Shown: in pieces, positions 38,439 through 48,767 of the stretch
How positions within the stretch are numbered: position 1 is the first letter of the stretch
Layout of the letters: each line of letters begins with the position of its first letter
The notes under the pieces: model-generated
Database searches by the model: none
What the model was told of the DNA's origin: nothing
The model's input: only the letters and a program-made list of their open reading frames with translations
Origin: Diplonema japonicum
Lineage: Eukaryota; Protista; Euglenozoa: Diplonemea
Length of the DNA stretch: 64,000 nucleotides
Assembly: GCA_964019335.1 (NCBI GenBank)
Contig: OZ025649.1
Span: 1-64,000, forward strand
Direction: 5' to 3'
Translations under genes and position numbers: made by a program

Positions 38439-41400
38439 TTATGTACGAATGTCAACAGGGTTGGGTTGCGGGATGACCTTCTTTGCAATGAAGAAATCAT
38501 GTACAACACGCGATCGGAGCAGATCTGTGAAGGTGAAGTGAAAGCAAGGTTAAGTGTTATCATGCACACCAAGTGTAGATAGCGTCCTGACGTCGTAAAC
38601 TGTAACGAACCCCAGCTGCGCCTTGTGAATGATCTGTGCCTTGATGTTGATGTACTGTTAGTGTGGTTGGTTGCATGTTTTCTAGGCATACTTGGATAGG
38701 CGTGATGTGATTCTCAGCACACAGTTTTGCCTCTTCAGCCATGAGTCTGTCAGCACCTTGCCGTCCTGTAAGGTTCAGCGGGTCCCCCCAGCACATCGTG
38801 GGTGCGGGGTCAATGACACCACCCTTGCGTGTGTCGCATAGCTTGTCTGTTAGTAGTAAGAAACATTTAACAACATACTCCACTCGTCTTTGTTGACAAG
38901 TAGCCTCTGCAACACCACAACCCATGCCTCGAAGTCAGAGTCCGTCTCGGCTATCACGTCCCAAGTCTTGCCCTTTTTGAATTCCAAAGAGAAAGATCTG
39001 TAGAAGTACTGGCCGAGGTTCTCAGGAGTAACTGTGGCTGTGGGAGTGCGGTTGTACGCACCGTCAACATCATGTATCAAGTCGGAAGGTCTTGTCGTTC
39101 TGTGGCAGTAACGCTGTGGAGGTAAGGCATACCCTTTGCTGCCTTCATAACTCCTAAAATTGGGGGTAAACTGTCCCAATGTAATCTTTCTAATATCCTT
39201 AAAGTAAGCAGTGGTTGTGGGCCTCTTCTTGTTTGCTGGTGCGCCCTGTAAATAAGTGCGAAATTTACCATGTTTGCATACATCTTCATCGATTTCACAT
39301 GAGTGGATTCTTCTCCTGTCATCAGAGATGTACAGGTACCTCTTCCTTTCTGACCCCCTGATCTTTACCATCCTACAACCATGTTCCAGGTACTGTACAA
39401 CTTGCTCCAGAAGGGACTCCAAGTGTTTCTCCTTCTTCACGGCATCTGCCATCTGGTCCTTCTTTACGCGGTTTTGCTGGTCATTAAGCTTCGATTTGTA
39501 CGTAGCAGAAGCCTTCTCAAGCTGTTCCCTCTTTTCGAGCTCCTGCGCCAAGCGCACCTCACACCTCTTCCTCTCGGTGTCGAAGTACTCGTGAAGCTGC
39601 TTGCGGATGGTCTCCGTCTTCTCGTCTTTGGTGTGAGGCTCCTCGATGCTGATAAGCTGATTGAGGAACCTATCGACAGACTTGATCTCGTCCTTGATGG
39701 ATGCTTCGGTGTCTTCGTTTTCGTCAACGGACTTCCCGCCTTTCGTTCTGAGGGCATCGAGCTCTTTCACACTCGCCAGCGCCTTGTCGTTAGTTTGCTT
39801 GATCTCGGCAAGCCACTTCTTTCTTTGTTCTTGTCTTTCGCCTGCCACTTTCTCTCTCTTGGATTTTGCTTCAAGTCTACCCTGCAATATGAGCTCCCTT
39901 CCTTTACTGTGATCCTTACTCAGAAGCTCAAGCTGCTCTTTCTGCTGGGCGATCGATTCCTGTCTGGCGGAGAGCTGCGCTTCAATCTCGACAATATCCT
40001 TTCGCAGTTTCTCCGTTTTTTCTTCTTCATCTTGCCGCTTTTTCCTCACCTTCTCCAACTGTTTGTCATATTCCTTAATCTTTGTGTCCCTCATTTCATT
40101 CAACTTTTGGTTCTCGCTCGTCTTTTCGCTGAGCAATTTTTCCAGCTTCTGTATGTTCTGGTTTGCCTTCTGCTGCTCGCCGTCGATGAAGGTCTTCGCT
40201 TCCTCGGATGCCTGTGGTGTTTGCAGGGCAGTGTGCGGTATACCTTGCTTCGTGTCGCCTCCAGTTCGATGTTTCTTTCCTTGTCTCTCTTCAACACGAT
40301 AGCGGAGATCTTCTTCTGTTCTTCTTCCTGTGAAAAACGTGGTCTTAGTTGCTTTGCATACCTTTATGTTTTGCACAGGTTTACTTTGGTTGTAAATCGA
40401 GGGTTTGTAACCATGAACGATTTTGACGATTTCCTGTTGTTACGTTGCTGTTTTTTTCTTTCAAACTACACACCAGCTCGTCCTTCAATTCGACGATGTC
40501 CTGCTCCAACCTCCACCTCTCGATCGCGAGGTCGCGTGATGCAGGGCCCACACCGCTGCCGCCGATGACGTTGACGATCCTCTTCGCGAAGACAAGCGAG
40601 TGGTAGGACTCCTCGGCGTTGCGTCCATCGTCGAACACGTTGAGGATCATCAGTGAGAAGGTGGGTTTGTTCTCATCGTTGTAAGGGTTGTTCTTCTCTG
40701 CGTTGTAGGCACGCTTCAGCAGATGCATAAGCCTACACTTCCCGAAAGGCACCCTCAGACGTTTGCAACGGATGGCACCCAACACACCAATGACTGCAGA
40801 GAGCGTCTTCTGCTGGTCTTCATACCCAGCGAGGGTCTTCTGCTCAATCCCGCACAGAGCCGGCCTCTCAGAATCACCCAAGGCTATTAAGGTGACGGAG
40901 TTCTGCTCGGTATCGGTGCTCATCTGCTCGAATGTCCCATCCTCGGTCTCAGCTGGAGACTGGCTGATAGGGAACACTCTAAGGGAGAAGATGATGTTGT
41001 CGGGGTGGTACGCAGGGAAGGGCTCCTTCTCATCTGGGAGATTAAGGACACCTTCAAAGGTTTTTGTGTAGTTTTCAGCAATTGTCTTGCAGACCTTCTG
41101 CAGCTCCGACCAGCTGTTGACTTTGACCTCAGTGACACCAGAAATGACAGGGGGGCCTTTCAGGGATTCTAAAATCACGCCGCTGTCATTGTCAAGTTTC
41201 TGGAGGTCGGTGATATCCTTGCCTGCACCTAAGGTATAACATGTTGCCTTGTAGGTGTGGTTCTTGAACTCGGGGTGCTTTGAGAGCCCCTCGAGCACCA
41301 TGTGCATCAGCCCACTGCTAGTGTCAGTCGGCGTACCAAACAGGAGCTGCCTCTTAGGGGTTGCTCTCTTCCCGCCCAAGTAGATTACAGCGTTCTGTCT

Positions 41401-41628
41401 GTTCAAAACATCTGCACCCACCTGCTTCAAATGCTCGCCATGCAGCTCCTTGGCCTTCGGGTTCACGTGGACATTGTCAAAGGCGAACTTCGCCTCCCCA
41501 TGAGGAAACCCTGCCTCCTTCAGCTCCGGGGGACACGTGAATTCCAAACCGCTATCGCATGTGGTGATGGCCTTGCCCCCTACCGGTTTAGGAGGCTGGT
41601 GAACACAGGCTACCAATCCGATGTCCAT
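38439..41628 (-). CDS. Catalytically degenerate kinesin-like protein with coiled coil, PH domain and C-terminal SWIRM/homeodomain-like domain (TbPH1-like), ~966 aa, 9 exons
   Basis: Exons 41628-40474, 40433-40362, 40327-40244, 40211-39282, 39245-39133, 39099-38879, 38846-38692, 38654-38570 and 38524-38439 sum to 2901 nt. Kinesin remnants: LGGKRATPK in place of the GxxxxGKT P-loop, IALGDSER for DLAGSER, RVPFGKCRLMHLLK, EESYHSLVFAKRI. PH: GCRMVK..RKRYLYIS..DFEAWV. C-terminus: EAKLCAENHITPIQYINIKAQI..LDLLRSRVVHDFF. Confidence 0.85.
38525..40473 (-). other. Eight tiny GT-AG introns of the kinesin-like gene: 40434-40473 (40), 40328-40361 (34), 40212-40243 (32), 39246-39281 (36, in-frame), 39100-39132 (33, in-frame), 38847-38878 (32), 38655-38691 (37), 38525-38569 (45)
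   Basis: Donors are GTGTGT/GTATGC/GTATAC/GTATGT/GTGTGC and all acceptors are ..ACAG. Splicing yields one continuous frame through to a recognisable C-terminal domain. Confidence 0.85.
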
Positions 41629-41706
41629 GTGGACCCCTGCAATGAGAAAGTAAAGAAAAAGCAAATAAGAATTCAACGTAATAAAAACTTAATACACGTG
41701 TAACAC

Positions 41707-43209
41707 TTACCCTGCATTTTTATCTTCTGTGCCGTCTGTGGTATTCTCTGTCTTTGGTGCAGTGATGTGCGATGTCTTTTGGTTGCAGATGGGAGCACTT
41801 TCATGTGCGTTGCAACATGTCCATTGCCTGGCAGAAAATGTCTGTGTATTGAAAGTGCACGCAGCCGCCGTGCCACCGCCCACACCAATGCCCAACTCTG
41901 TGAAGAAAATAGAAGGATGGCCCACAGGATCAAGGGTGTAGGCTTTAACGGTTTCTAAAATCGGGGGGGTAGGAATGGGTAATATATGTTGTGCAGTCAC
42001 TGCTTTTAGCTGTGATGCGAACGTGGTCTTTGGAATACCCATCCCCGCGTACATGGCTTTTGCTGATCCACTGAGGGCATGCGTCACAGTGTTTGTCCCA
42101 GCAGGTTTTAGAACGGCTACTTTCAAAAAGGTTGCACCAGCTATCATACCAAACATACTTCCTAGCACAGCACCCCCTAGTGCCCCAATACCAACATTGC
42201 GAAGCAGCACTCTATTATCACGCTGGACACTGCCCAAGTGTGCACCCTTCAGGCATGCTTCGTCATTATTAAACTCCTCAGAATACTCTTCTTTGCATCT
42301 CTTGCACGTCTTCAGCGTCACAACATCATCGTCCATGGTGTCGTTTGCTGTCTGTGGTCCCACCCGCAGCCTGTGCCGCTTCACATCACGCTCATAAGTA
42401 GTACTCTGTTGCAATGTAGGCGCGATTCTTTCCAATGGCAACTCTGTGGTTGGCACAGCAGCAGCTCCTCCTGACACTTTGCCCGGCATGCCTTTTATTG
42501 CGGGGAACAGCTTGCTTGAGTCTGTCGGCCGTGTGGCGTCGGCCAGCATTTGGACTTCAATAACCATGTTGTACTTGTGCCCGTCGCAAGAGACAAAGGG
42601 AAGTTGTGCCCTCCTCCTGGAGGACGTGTTGTACATGATTTCGATCATGACCTCACCGTTGAGGGAGTGCGTCGAGGATGTGGTGCCCTTTTCAAGCAGG
42701 TGCAGAGAAAGAAGCAGTCTGTCGTCGTGTTCGACAGGCGGCTTGGGCACCTTCAGCATGGGCATGACAAAGAATTCTGACCATTTAACAGTACCGTTAT
42801 TGACTGTGCGCCACTCCGTATTGCCCGTGCCTGTGCTGCATTTCCATTCACATGAATACAGTTTTGAAGGCACCCTTCGCTTCTCGCCAACTTGGCTTAC
42901 CTTGCTGATGAGAAGGCACATGGCCACCATCTCATGAGTTTTGAGGTTTACTTCTTCTTTGTTCTGTCGCCAACCAAGTTCCTCCCTTTCTTTCTTCTTA
43001 ATGAAGCATGTGTGCCCTATTATGGTTGCCACTGTGGCCACCAACATTGTACTTTCAACTTCTTCTTTTTCAATCGCACTGTTCTCCTCCAGTCTGAAGT
43101 GGTTACTTTCTTCTGTACTAACTTTGTGTTGCTCTACTTCACCCTTACTCGCAAACCCGTCCCCTTGTGGCAAGCTCGTGTCATCTTTTACATCATCTGT
43201 CCCACCCAT
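41707..43209 (-). CDS. Hypothetical 500-aa protein: NT-C2-like domain plus Cys/His motif (CKRC..C..H ... WTCC..C) enclosing a Gly-zipper hydrophobic segment
   Basis: Long ORF on the cluster strand with an ATG at 43209 preceded by a pyrimidine-rich AG. Motifs: YSCEWK..NTEWRTVNNGTVKWSEFF and GIGALGGAVLGSMFGMIAG. The 3' end is uncertain (see finding at 41580-41720). Confidence 0.7.
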   Translation of the reverse strand: MGGTDDVKDDTSLPQGDGFASKGEVEQHKVSTEESNHFRLEENSAIEKEEVESTMLVATVATIIGHTCFIKKKEREELGWRQNKEEVNLKTHEMVAMCLLISKVSQVGEKRRVPSKLYSCEWKCSTGTGNTEWRTVNNGTVKWSEFFVMPMLKVPKPPVEHDDRLLLSLHLLEKGTTSSTHSLNGEVMIEIMYNTSSRRRAQLPFVSCDGHKYNMVIEVQMLADATRPTDSSKLFPAIKGMPGKVSGGAAAVPTTELPLERIAPTLQQSTTYERDVKRHRLRVGPQTANDTMDDDVVTLKTCKRCKEEYSEEFNNDEACLKGAHLGSVQRDNRVLLRNVGIGALGGAVLGSMFGMIAGATFLKVAVLKPAGTNTVTHALSGSAKAMYAGMGIPKTTFASQLKAVTAQHILPIPTPPILETVKAYTLDPVGHPSIFFTELGIGVGGGTAAACTFNTQTFSARQWTCCNAHESAPICNQKTSHITAPKTENTTDGTEDKNAG

Positions 43210-43870
43210 GTGTACTGCACGATAGGTGGCACTGCATTAATCAAAAGTAACAAACAAAAACAATAACTAACACATACATGTTGTGTGACACATGTAAGAA
43301 AGGAATCAATAGAGAGGCAGGCGAGAGGAAATAAAAGGGGGTGAAGAGGGAAAGTAAAGAAATAACAGATGCAACAAGTAAGTGTCTGGCTTAGTTGGAA
43401 GCAGCATTGAAGTGATGTCAGTATGCTGTAAGGAGCTTTCTGACGCTGGTTCCGGTACTTGTTGCGGCCTAGTATTACCATCACGATATGGGCTACCGGG
43501 ATGTATGGTACCGCCAATGAGTAATTAAGGCCTTCGCCACCTCCTAGGTTCACTTTTTCTTTCTTCTCCTTTAAAAGGGGGTATGCTGCAGCGGAGCCGA
43601 AAGCACAACAGTGGTTGCTTATTGACTACACCTGCTTCAGGACCGAGAGGGTCTTCATGGCACCTGCACCAGGGTGTAGAGTCTAGCACCTTGGCAAGCA
43701 GAGAGGCAATAAGGGGCTGCTGTCTCAGACTAGCGATCTGCAAAGAAAGAAACTGGAAAATAGGAGATGGCGAAGCTAGGCTAGGTGTTTTGAGTGAGTG
43801 GTTAGATGCGATCGAAACTGACAGAACCAGACAGAACGGACATGACTTGAGACCTTGGCCAAGGCCAAGG

Positions 43871-45574
43871 TCACTGCTTGTCATCGGTGTGCTCTAAGCA
43901 TTGCTGCTGCTCAGATGACCTGCAGGCAAAAGAGGCGCTGTTCATGGCATTGCGGATCTGTTGTTGTTGTTGTTGTTGTTGTTTATTTCATGGAGTCACT
44001 CATACGGATCTATGGAGGCCGCTTTGTAACTTCGAGAAGTACGAAAGCGTCTCGGAGAGCTCTGGTGTAGGTGTCGTTTTGCAGACTTTCGATACACTTG
44101 TCTCGATAGCCTTCACAGCTGTCAGGATATGGTTCTGTGCAGCCTTTGGGAGCTGGGAGCCAGTCTCTGTCACGTGCTTGAAGAAAGATGGGATGGTTGA
44201 TATCAGAGACTCTGTGGGCATGGCTGTTTGTACCACAAGATGGACAGACATCGCAAAGGTCTGTGCATACTTCACCCAAGCCTTTGCGTTTTGCTCATCA
44301 GCCCATTCCTCAGCCTCTGTCTCCTGGTCATAGTAGCAGTCACCAAAACAGTCAATGAGCCCAGGTCCGTGTTTTAGCTTGTTCATCACCATTTTGCCCA
44401 ACTCTTGTTCCATACCCTCTGGGGTTTTTTCACTGCATGCAAGTTCAGCACCCCTCTTAACTGCTTCCTCGGGAAGAACAGTGGTAACACTTGCACCCAT
44501 CCAGGCAACTGCGGCAGTGTGCACATCGATATCTGTGAAGGCTTCAGGAACAGGTCGGTTGTGGACCAGGGCATTCTCTAGAGGGTAGAGCAGCTCGGTC
44601 TCCTCGTTCTTCGAGAGGTACTCTTCCATCACCTCTTCTTCCATCACCTCTTCTTCATCCTCGTCGATACTGAGGATGGAGTCGGCATCGAGGCTAGAGG
44701 CCGTCATGTTGTCATCAAGTTCGTCCTGGTCGAGCTCTACTTGGATTTTCAGGGGCAGTGCTGGTGCAGGACACGAGGGCGGCTCTGCGGCAAGGGTAGT
44801 TGATTGTTCTTGCGCAGTGCTAGCATCATCCTCGTCATCTTCATTCCAGCAGCTGAAGCCATACCCAAACTCAGTAGTGGGAATCACCGTAGGGTCGTTG
44901 CTTGGTGTGATGGTTGCGTTTACCGCAAGTGATGCCAAAGCGAGGAGCCTGGCAGCAGTACTGTTTCCTTTTTTGTTACCTTTGCGACTGCTCTTTTTTT
45001 CTTCGTTCTCGCCAAGCTGGATATAGTAGGCATCGCCTGGCGCACCATCGCACGGAAGAGGAGAAGGTGATGCGTAACACTTGCCTTGCAAGGCTGCTGC
45101 TTCCGAGATTGTGGCAACGTGTTCTTGGTGTTTTTTTCCTTTCTCGTGTATATCAAACTGGCCGAGGGAGTTGCACACGACATCGCATTCAGCACAGTAG
45201 TACTTCTTTGCGCGAATTGTCGGTTTGTTCACCCTGTCCTCCTTCGAAGCAGGACAAGGTCTTTTGCCCTCAAACTTAATACCCAGTTGGGAACTGAGAA
45301 TGTCCGCCAATCTGCTGGGGTGTAGCCAATGAGACACGTGGGGCCACCTGTCGCTGAAAGCTTCACAGACCTCACTCCACTGTTGTCTGTTGACAATTCC
45401 TTCCTCGCAGGCATGATACACGATAGAATTGAACTCGCACTCACACTTGATAACCTCCGCTGGGGTCCCCTCCCGCACCCCAGGGCGATAAGCCTTTCGG
45501 AGCAGCCTCGTCCTGAACATCTCCATCACACCACCGGTGTTCTTCTCTTCCACTATTTGCTCTGTCGATTGCAT
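43871..45574 (-). CDS. Matrin/U1-type C2H2 zinc-finger protein with acidic region, ~551 aa, 2 exons (45574-44006, 43957-43871)
   Basis: YYCAECDVVCNSLGQFDIHEKGKKH. A 48-nt intron at 43958-44005, gtatgagtga..(caa)n cag, removes the track's stop and adds IRNAMNS..DDKQ*. Confidence 0.75.
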
Positions 45575-45750
45575 GTTTGTATTTATATTCTGATCAAAGC
45601 ATCCCTGACAATAAGTGTGGATGAAGCAGGATTGGTGGGGAGACGAGAGAAAAAAAAAGTACCCAGGATCAAAAGCAAAACGAGGGGAGAAAAGAAAAAA
45701 CAGGGGGGGGGGGAGAAAAACCCAAGAATAAGAAGTAACTGGTAATGTGC

Positions 45751-48469
45751 CTAAGCGAACAACATGAGGAAGGCAATCATTAGGGCGAAGAGGCCGATGG
45801 CCTCAGTCAGGGCGAAGCCCAGGATGGCGTAGTTGAAGAGGGCCCTCATCATGTTGGGCTGCCTGTTGTTTGTGTGTTGTGGAAATAAACAATACTCCTA
45901 ACTCGACCCCTTGGGTTGAGAAATGTTCAAAGTCTATTCTGTAGCAGGACAAGTCTTGCTTCGTGTCCAATGTCTCGGGTGTGTTCAAAGTATGAACGCA
46001 ATAGACCCCCCCCCCCCCCCCCAGGGCTATGCTGGCAGGAAACGTGGAAACGTTTCCGTTTCCGATTCCATACTTTTCAAAATTCTTATGGAAACGCGTT
46101 TCCTTCTTAAGGAAAGGAAACGTTTCCGTTTCCGTTTCCCTTTTTTTCAAAAAATGCATAGCCCTAGCCTAGCATAGTGGTGAAGCGACTCGCAATCTCG
46201 CACAAAAAAAATCTGAGCCGAAATTCTCACAAAACGACTCGCATTCTCGCACACTCTCGCATGATTCTCGCGCATTCTCGCACATGCTAACGTGCACTTC
46301 AGGTGTGCATGTGTCAAATAACTCCCTCGACCTTCATACTCCTCCCGAACTAACGCGATCAGTGCGTTCACGTCCGCCCCTGTGTGTGATTCACCCTCCT
46401 TGATGTCCAGGGGGAGGAGGAGGAACTCCTCTGAGTATCCGACCAGCCCAGAAATGTTTGGCACTGGTGGCGTCTGTGCTTAACGGCAACAGGATCTTTT
46501 CGATGCTTTGCTTCACTCTTCTCGACCCCTTTGCCAGCAGCGTGTCTGGTGTCGGTATCTTCATGCGCGAGCTCCACCAATGGGATGCTGATAAGGCGTG
46601 TCTGCTGCTTGGTGGTTGGTGTCTGCGACCAAACACAGCATCGCCCACCCGTCTACCCGTCTATGAACTCCTGCCCCACCACGGAGCACTGCCTGTTGAG
46701 GTCCTTCGAAGATTTTGACACTCAGGCACCTCGCTTTCCCTGTTGAAGTTTCAGCCAAAAAAAATTCTCGCATCATTCTCGCATGCGAGAATGTGCGAGA
46801 ATTTGGTGCGAGTCGCTTCACCACTATGCCTAGGGATACGTTGTCTGCGTACGGCCGTACATACGCGTATTTCGAACGTATGCCGTACGCACTTTTTTTA
46901 TTTTTGCTGCATACGCGTACGCATTTTTTGCGTATGGCATTCAGGCCCTAGGGGGGTCACATGGTAGTGGTAAAGTGGGTTTTTTCAAATTCGGAAATGC
47001 AGAGTACTGGAGCCGCTTAATCCATGTAAAACACCCCTTTCTCGACCAAAAAATCGATTTCCGCCCGGTTCTTTTCACTTTTGAGCACCTACAAGGCATT
47101 ATTTTGCATTTTTAAAAAGGTGACACGGTTTGGTACCTAGTTGTCTCCCCTGTAGTTTCTGAATTTTCTGAAAATTTTAGAATTTGACCATGGTCTGTTC
47201 CACCCTTTGAACGCAGCTCTTTAGGACGCCGCTACCGTTTGAACGGCAGAGTACTGTCTTACATTGTCCGATTGTGAACTTTTCTGTGTTTTGCGCGGCA
47301 TTTCTGATGAATATCTATCATTTTCCCGAGGTTAAGATGGTAAGTTTGTTTTTGCAAAGATTTCAGGTACCAAACCGTGGTCACTGTTTTCAAAAATACA
47401 GATAAAGTTTAACAAGTGCTCAGAAATGCTCTAATCCGGCGAATTTTGATTTTTTGGTTAATTTAGAGGGTATTGGGCGGTTTTTTTACCTTAGGGGAAA
47501 ATTTTTTAGAAAACTTTTTTTTCACGTTTTTAAGGACCATGTGACCCCCCCCCCAGGGCTACGTTGTCGGCGTACGCCGTTCGTACGCGCATTTCGAACG
47601 TACGCCGTATGCACTTTCTTTTTTTTTTTTTTTTTTTTTTTTAAATTCCTTTGGCACTTTACACTTTTCTTTTTCTGGTTACTCTTTAGATTTGCTGTGT
47701 ACGCGTGCACATTTTTTGCGTACGGCATTCATGGAAAGTCTTCAAGAAAAATCTAAGGCAATATTCACCGGGCATGTGGTGGGATGCGCAAGGGGGCGTG
47801 GCTTCTCTTGCGACCTATTGGCATGAGGCTTTTGGGTCAGGCCTGCGGTAGGGAGCTCGGAGTTAGGGACATCGTTCAAGGTAGAAGCCCAAAGATCGGC
47901 CATTGGGATTTGACAAGCTGATTCCCTTGTCAGGGATATAATTCAAGTCAACTCTACTTCAGCAAACGTAGTTTCACCTGCACGCAGTTTGCGAGAGACG
48001 GCGTGTGACGGAACTGGCGTTGGAAGACCTGCAGGGTTCTGCCGATCCGATCCAGATTGTTTGACACTGCAGCATTTAAAACCCTAGGCATGGTAGTGGT
48101 GGAAATCGGATTTTCACATGATATTTTCGCATATGATACTTTGGTTTATTTAAGGAGAGTAATTTGAAATAAGGGGCTGACTTTGAGCATTTTCTATAAC
48201 TTTTGGGGGCCAAATGGGAATAAAAAAAGAAGAAAAAAAGTTACCTGGCAGCGGCAAGCAGGAAGCTGCCAAAGACGTTACCAATACCAACACCAACACC
48301 AGCAAGGGCGATGGCCGAAAGACCAGTGCCCACATAGTTGAGACCGCTGATGGTCACCTGAAGGGAGCTCGAGTTACGGACCTGCAATGAAGTTATAGTA
48401 TTGTTATTTTTTATGAAGCTTTACCTGGGAGGCCACACGGGGTGCAAGGCAACGGCTGGCGCGCATCAT
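45751..48469 (-). CDS. ATP9: Nuclear-encoded mitochondrial ATP synthase subunit c (subunit 9), 97 aa, 3 exons (48469-48425, 48381-48245, 45862-45751); absent from the ORF track
   Basis: Spliced product is [15 protein letters not shown]|[46 protein letters not shown]|[36 protein letters not shown]. It has the GxGxGxG motif, RQP loop, proton-binding Glu and an Arg/Ser presequence. GT-AG introns lie at 48382-48424 (43 nt) and 45863-48244 (2382 nt). Confidence 0.95.
46022..46166. mobile_element. hAT-like MITE A (TIR YAGGGCTATGC; internal GGAAAC/GTTTCC repeats)
   Basis: cagggctatgc at 46022 and gcatagcccta ending at 46166. No clear TSD. Confidence 0.65.
46173..46828 (-). mobile_element. Non-autonomous DNA transposon B: perfect 22-bp TIR, 5-bp flanking direct repeat CCTAG, decayed hAT-like transposase fragment
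   Basis: catagtggtgaagcgactcgca / tgcgagtcgcttcaccactatg, with cctag at 46168-46172 and 46829-46833 and subterminal TCTCGCA repeats. Frameshifted minus-strand remnants read [15 protein letters not shown] and [19 protein letters not shown]. Confidence 0.75.
46831..46950. mobile_element. MITE C1 (TAGGG..CCCTA ends, CGTA/TACG-rich); related copy C2 at 47554-47731
   Basis: tagggatacgttgtctgcgtacgg at 46831 resembles cagggctacgttgtcggcgtacgc at 47554. Both share ttcgaacgta and ttttttgcgta(t/c)ggcattca. Confidence 0.6.
46951..47550. mobile_element. Foldback-type MITE D with 15-bp TIR GGGGGGTCACATGGT and long imperfect internal inverted arms
   Basis: ggggggtcacatggt / accatgtgacccccc. Internal pairs gtgacacggtttggtacct with aggtaccaaaccgtggtcac, and aaaaaatcgatttccgcccgg with ccggcgaattttgatttttt. 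Confidence 0.7.
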
Positions 48470-48767
48470 TTTGATTTAAGGTATTAAGTTAACAGTCTGA
48501 AGGATTGTAGACAAGGTTGGTCAGGGATAAAAGCAAATAAATAAAATGGGGTAAAACATTGAGAAGAAGGGTAAATGTCAAAATATTGTAGTAAGATGCA
48601 ACTTGGTGGACATGTTTTGCTCAAGCCTCTGCAGCAACACAAACATGATAAAATACAAGGTGACTGTAGCCGCATAGGCAGAACCAATGGGACACCAACT
48701 ACTAACTTTTTAAACAACAATGCTGGACATTTGTCTGTCTGGCATTAAATCTTTTTTTACATGGGAA

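Noticed and set aside
39381-40568. 395-aa plus-strand Leu/Phe-rich ORF
   Set aside because: Antisense mirror of the Lys/Glu-rich coiled coil.
3580-48469. Alternative genetic code
   Set aside because: More than 10,000 codons contain no stop, and TAA, TAG (ATP9) and TGA (Zn-finger gene) all serve as terminators.
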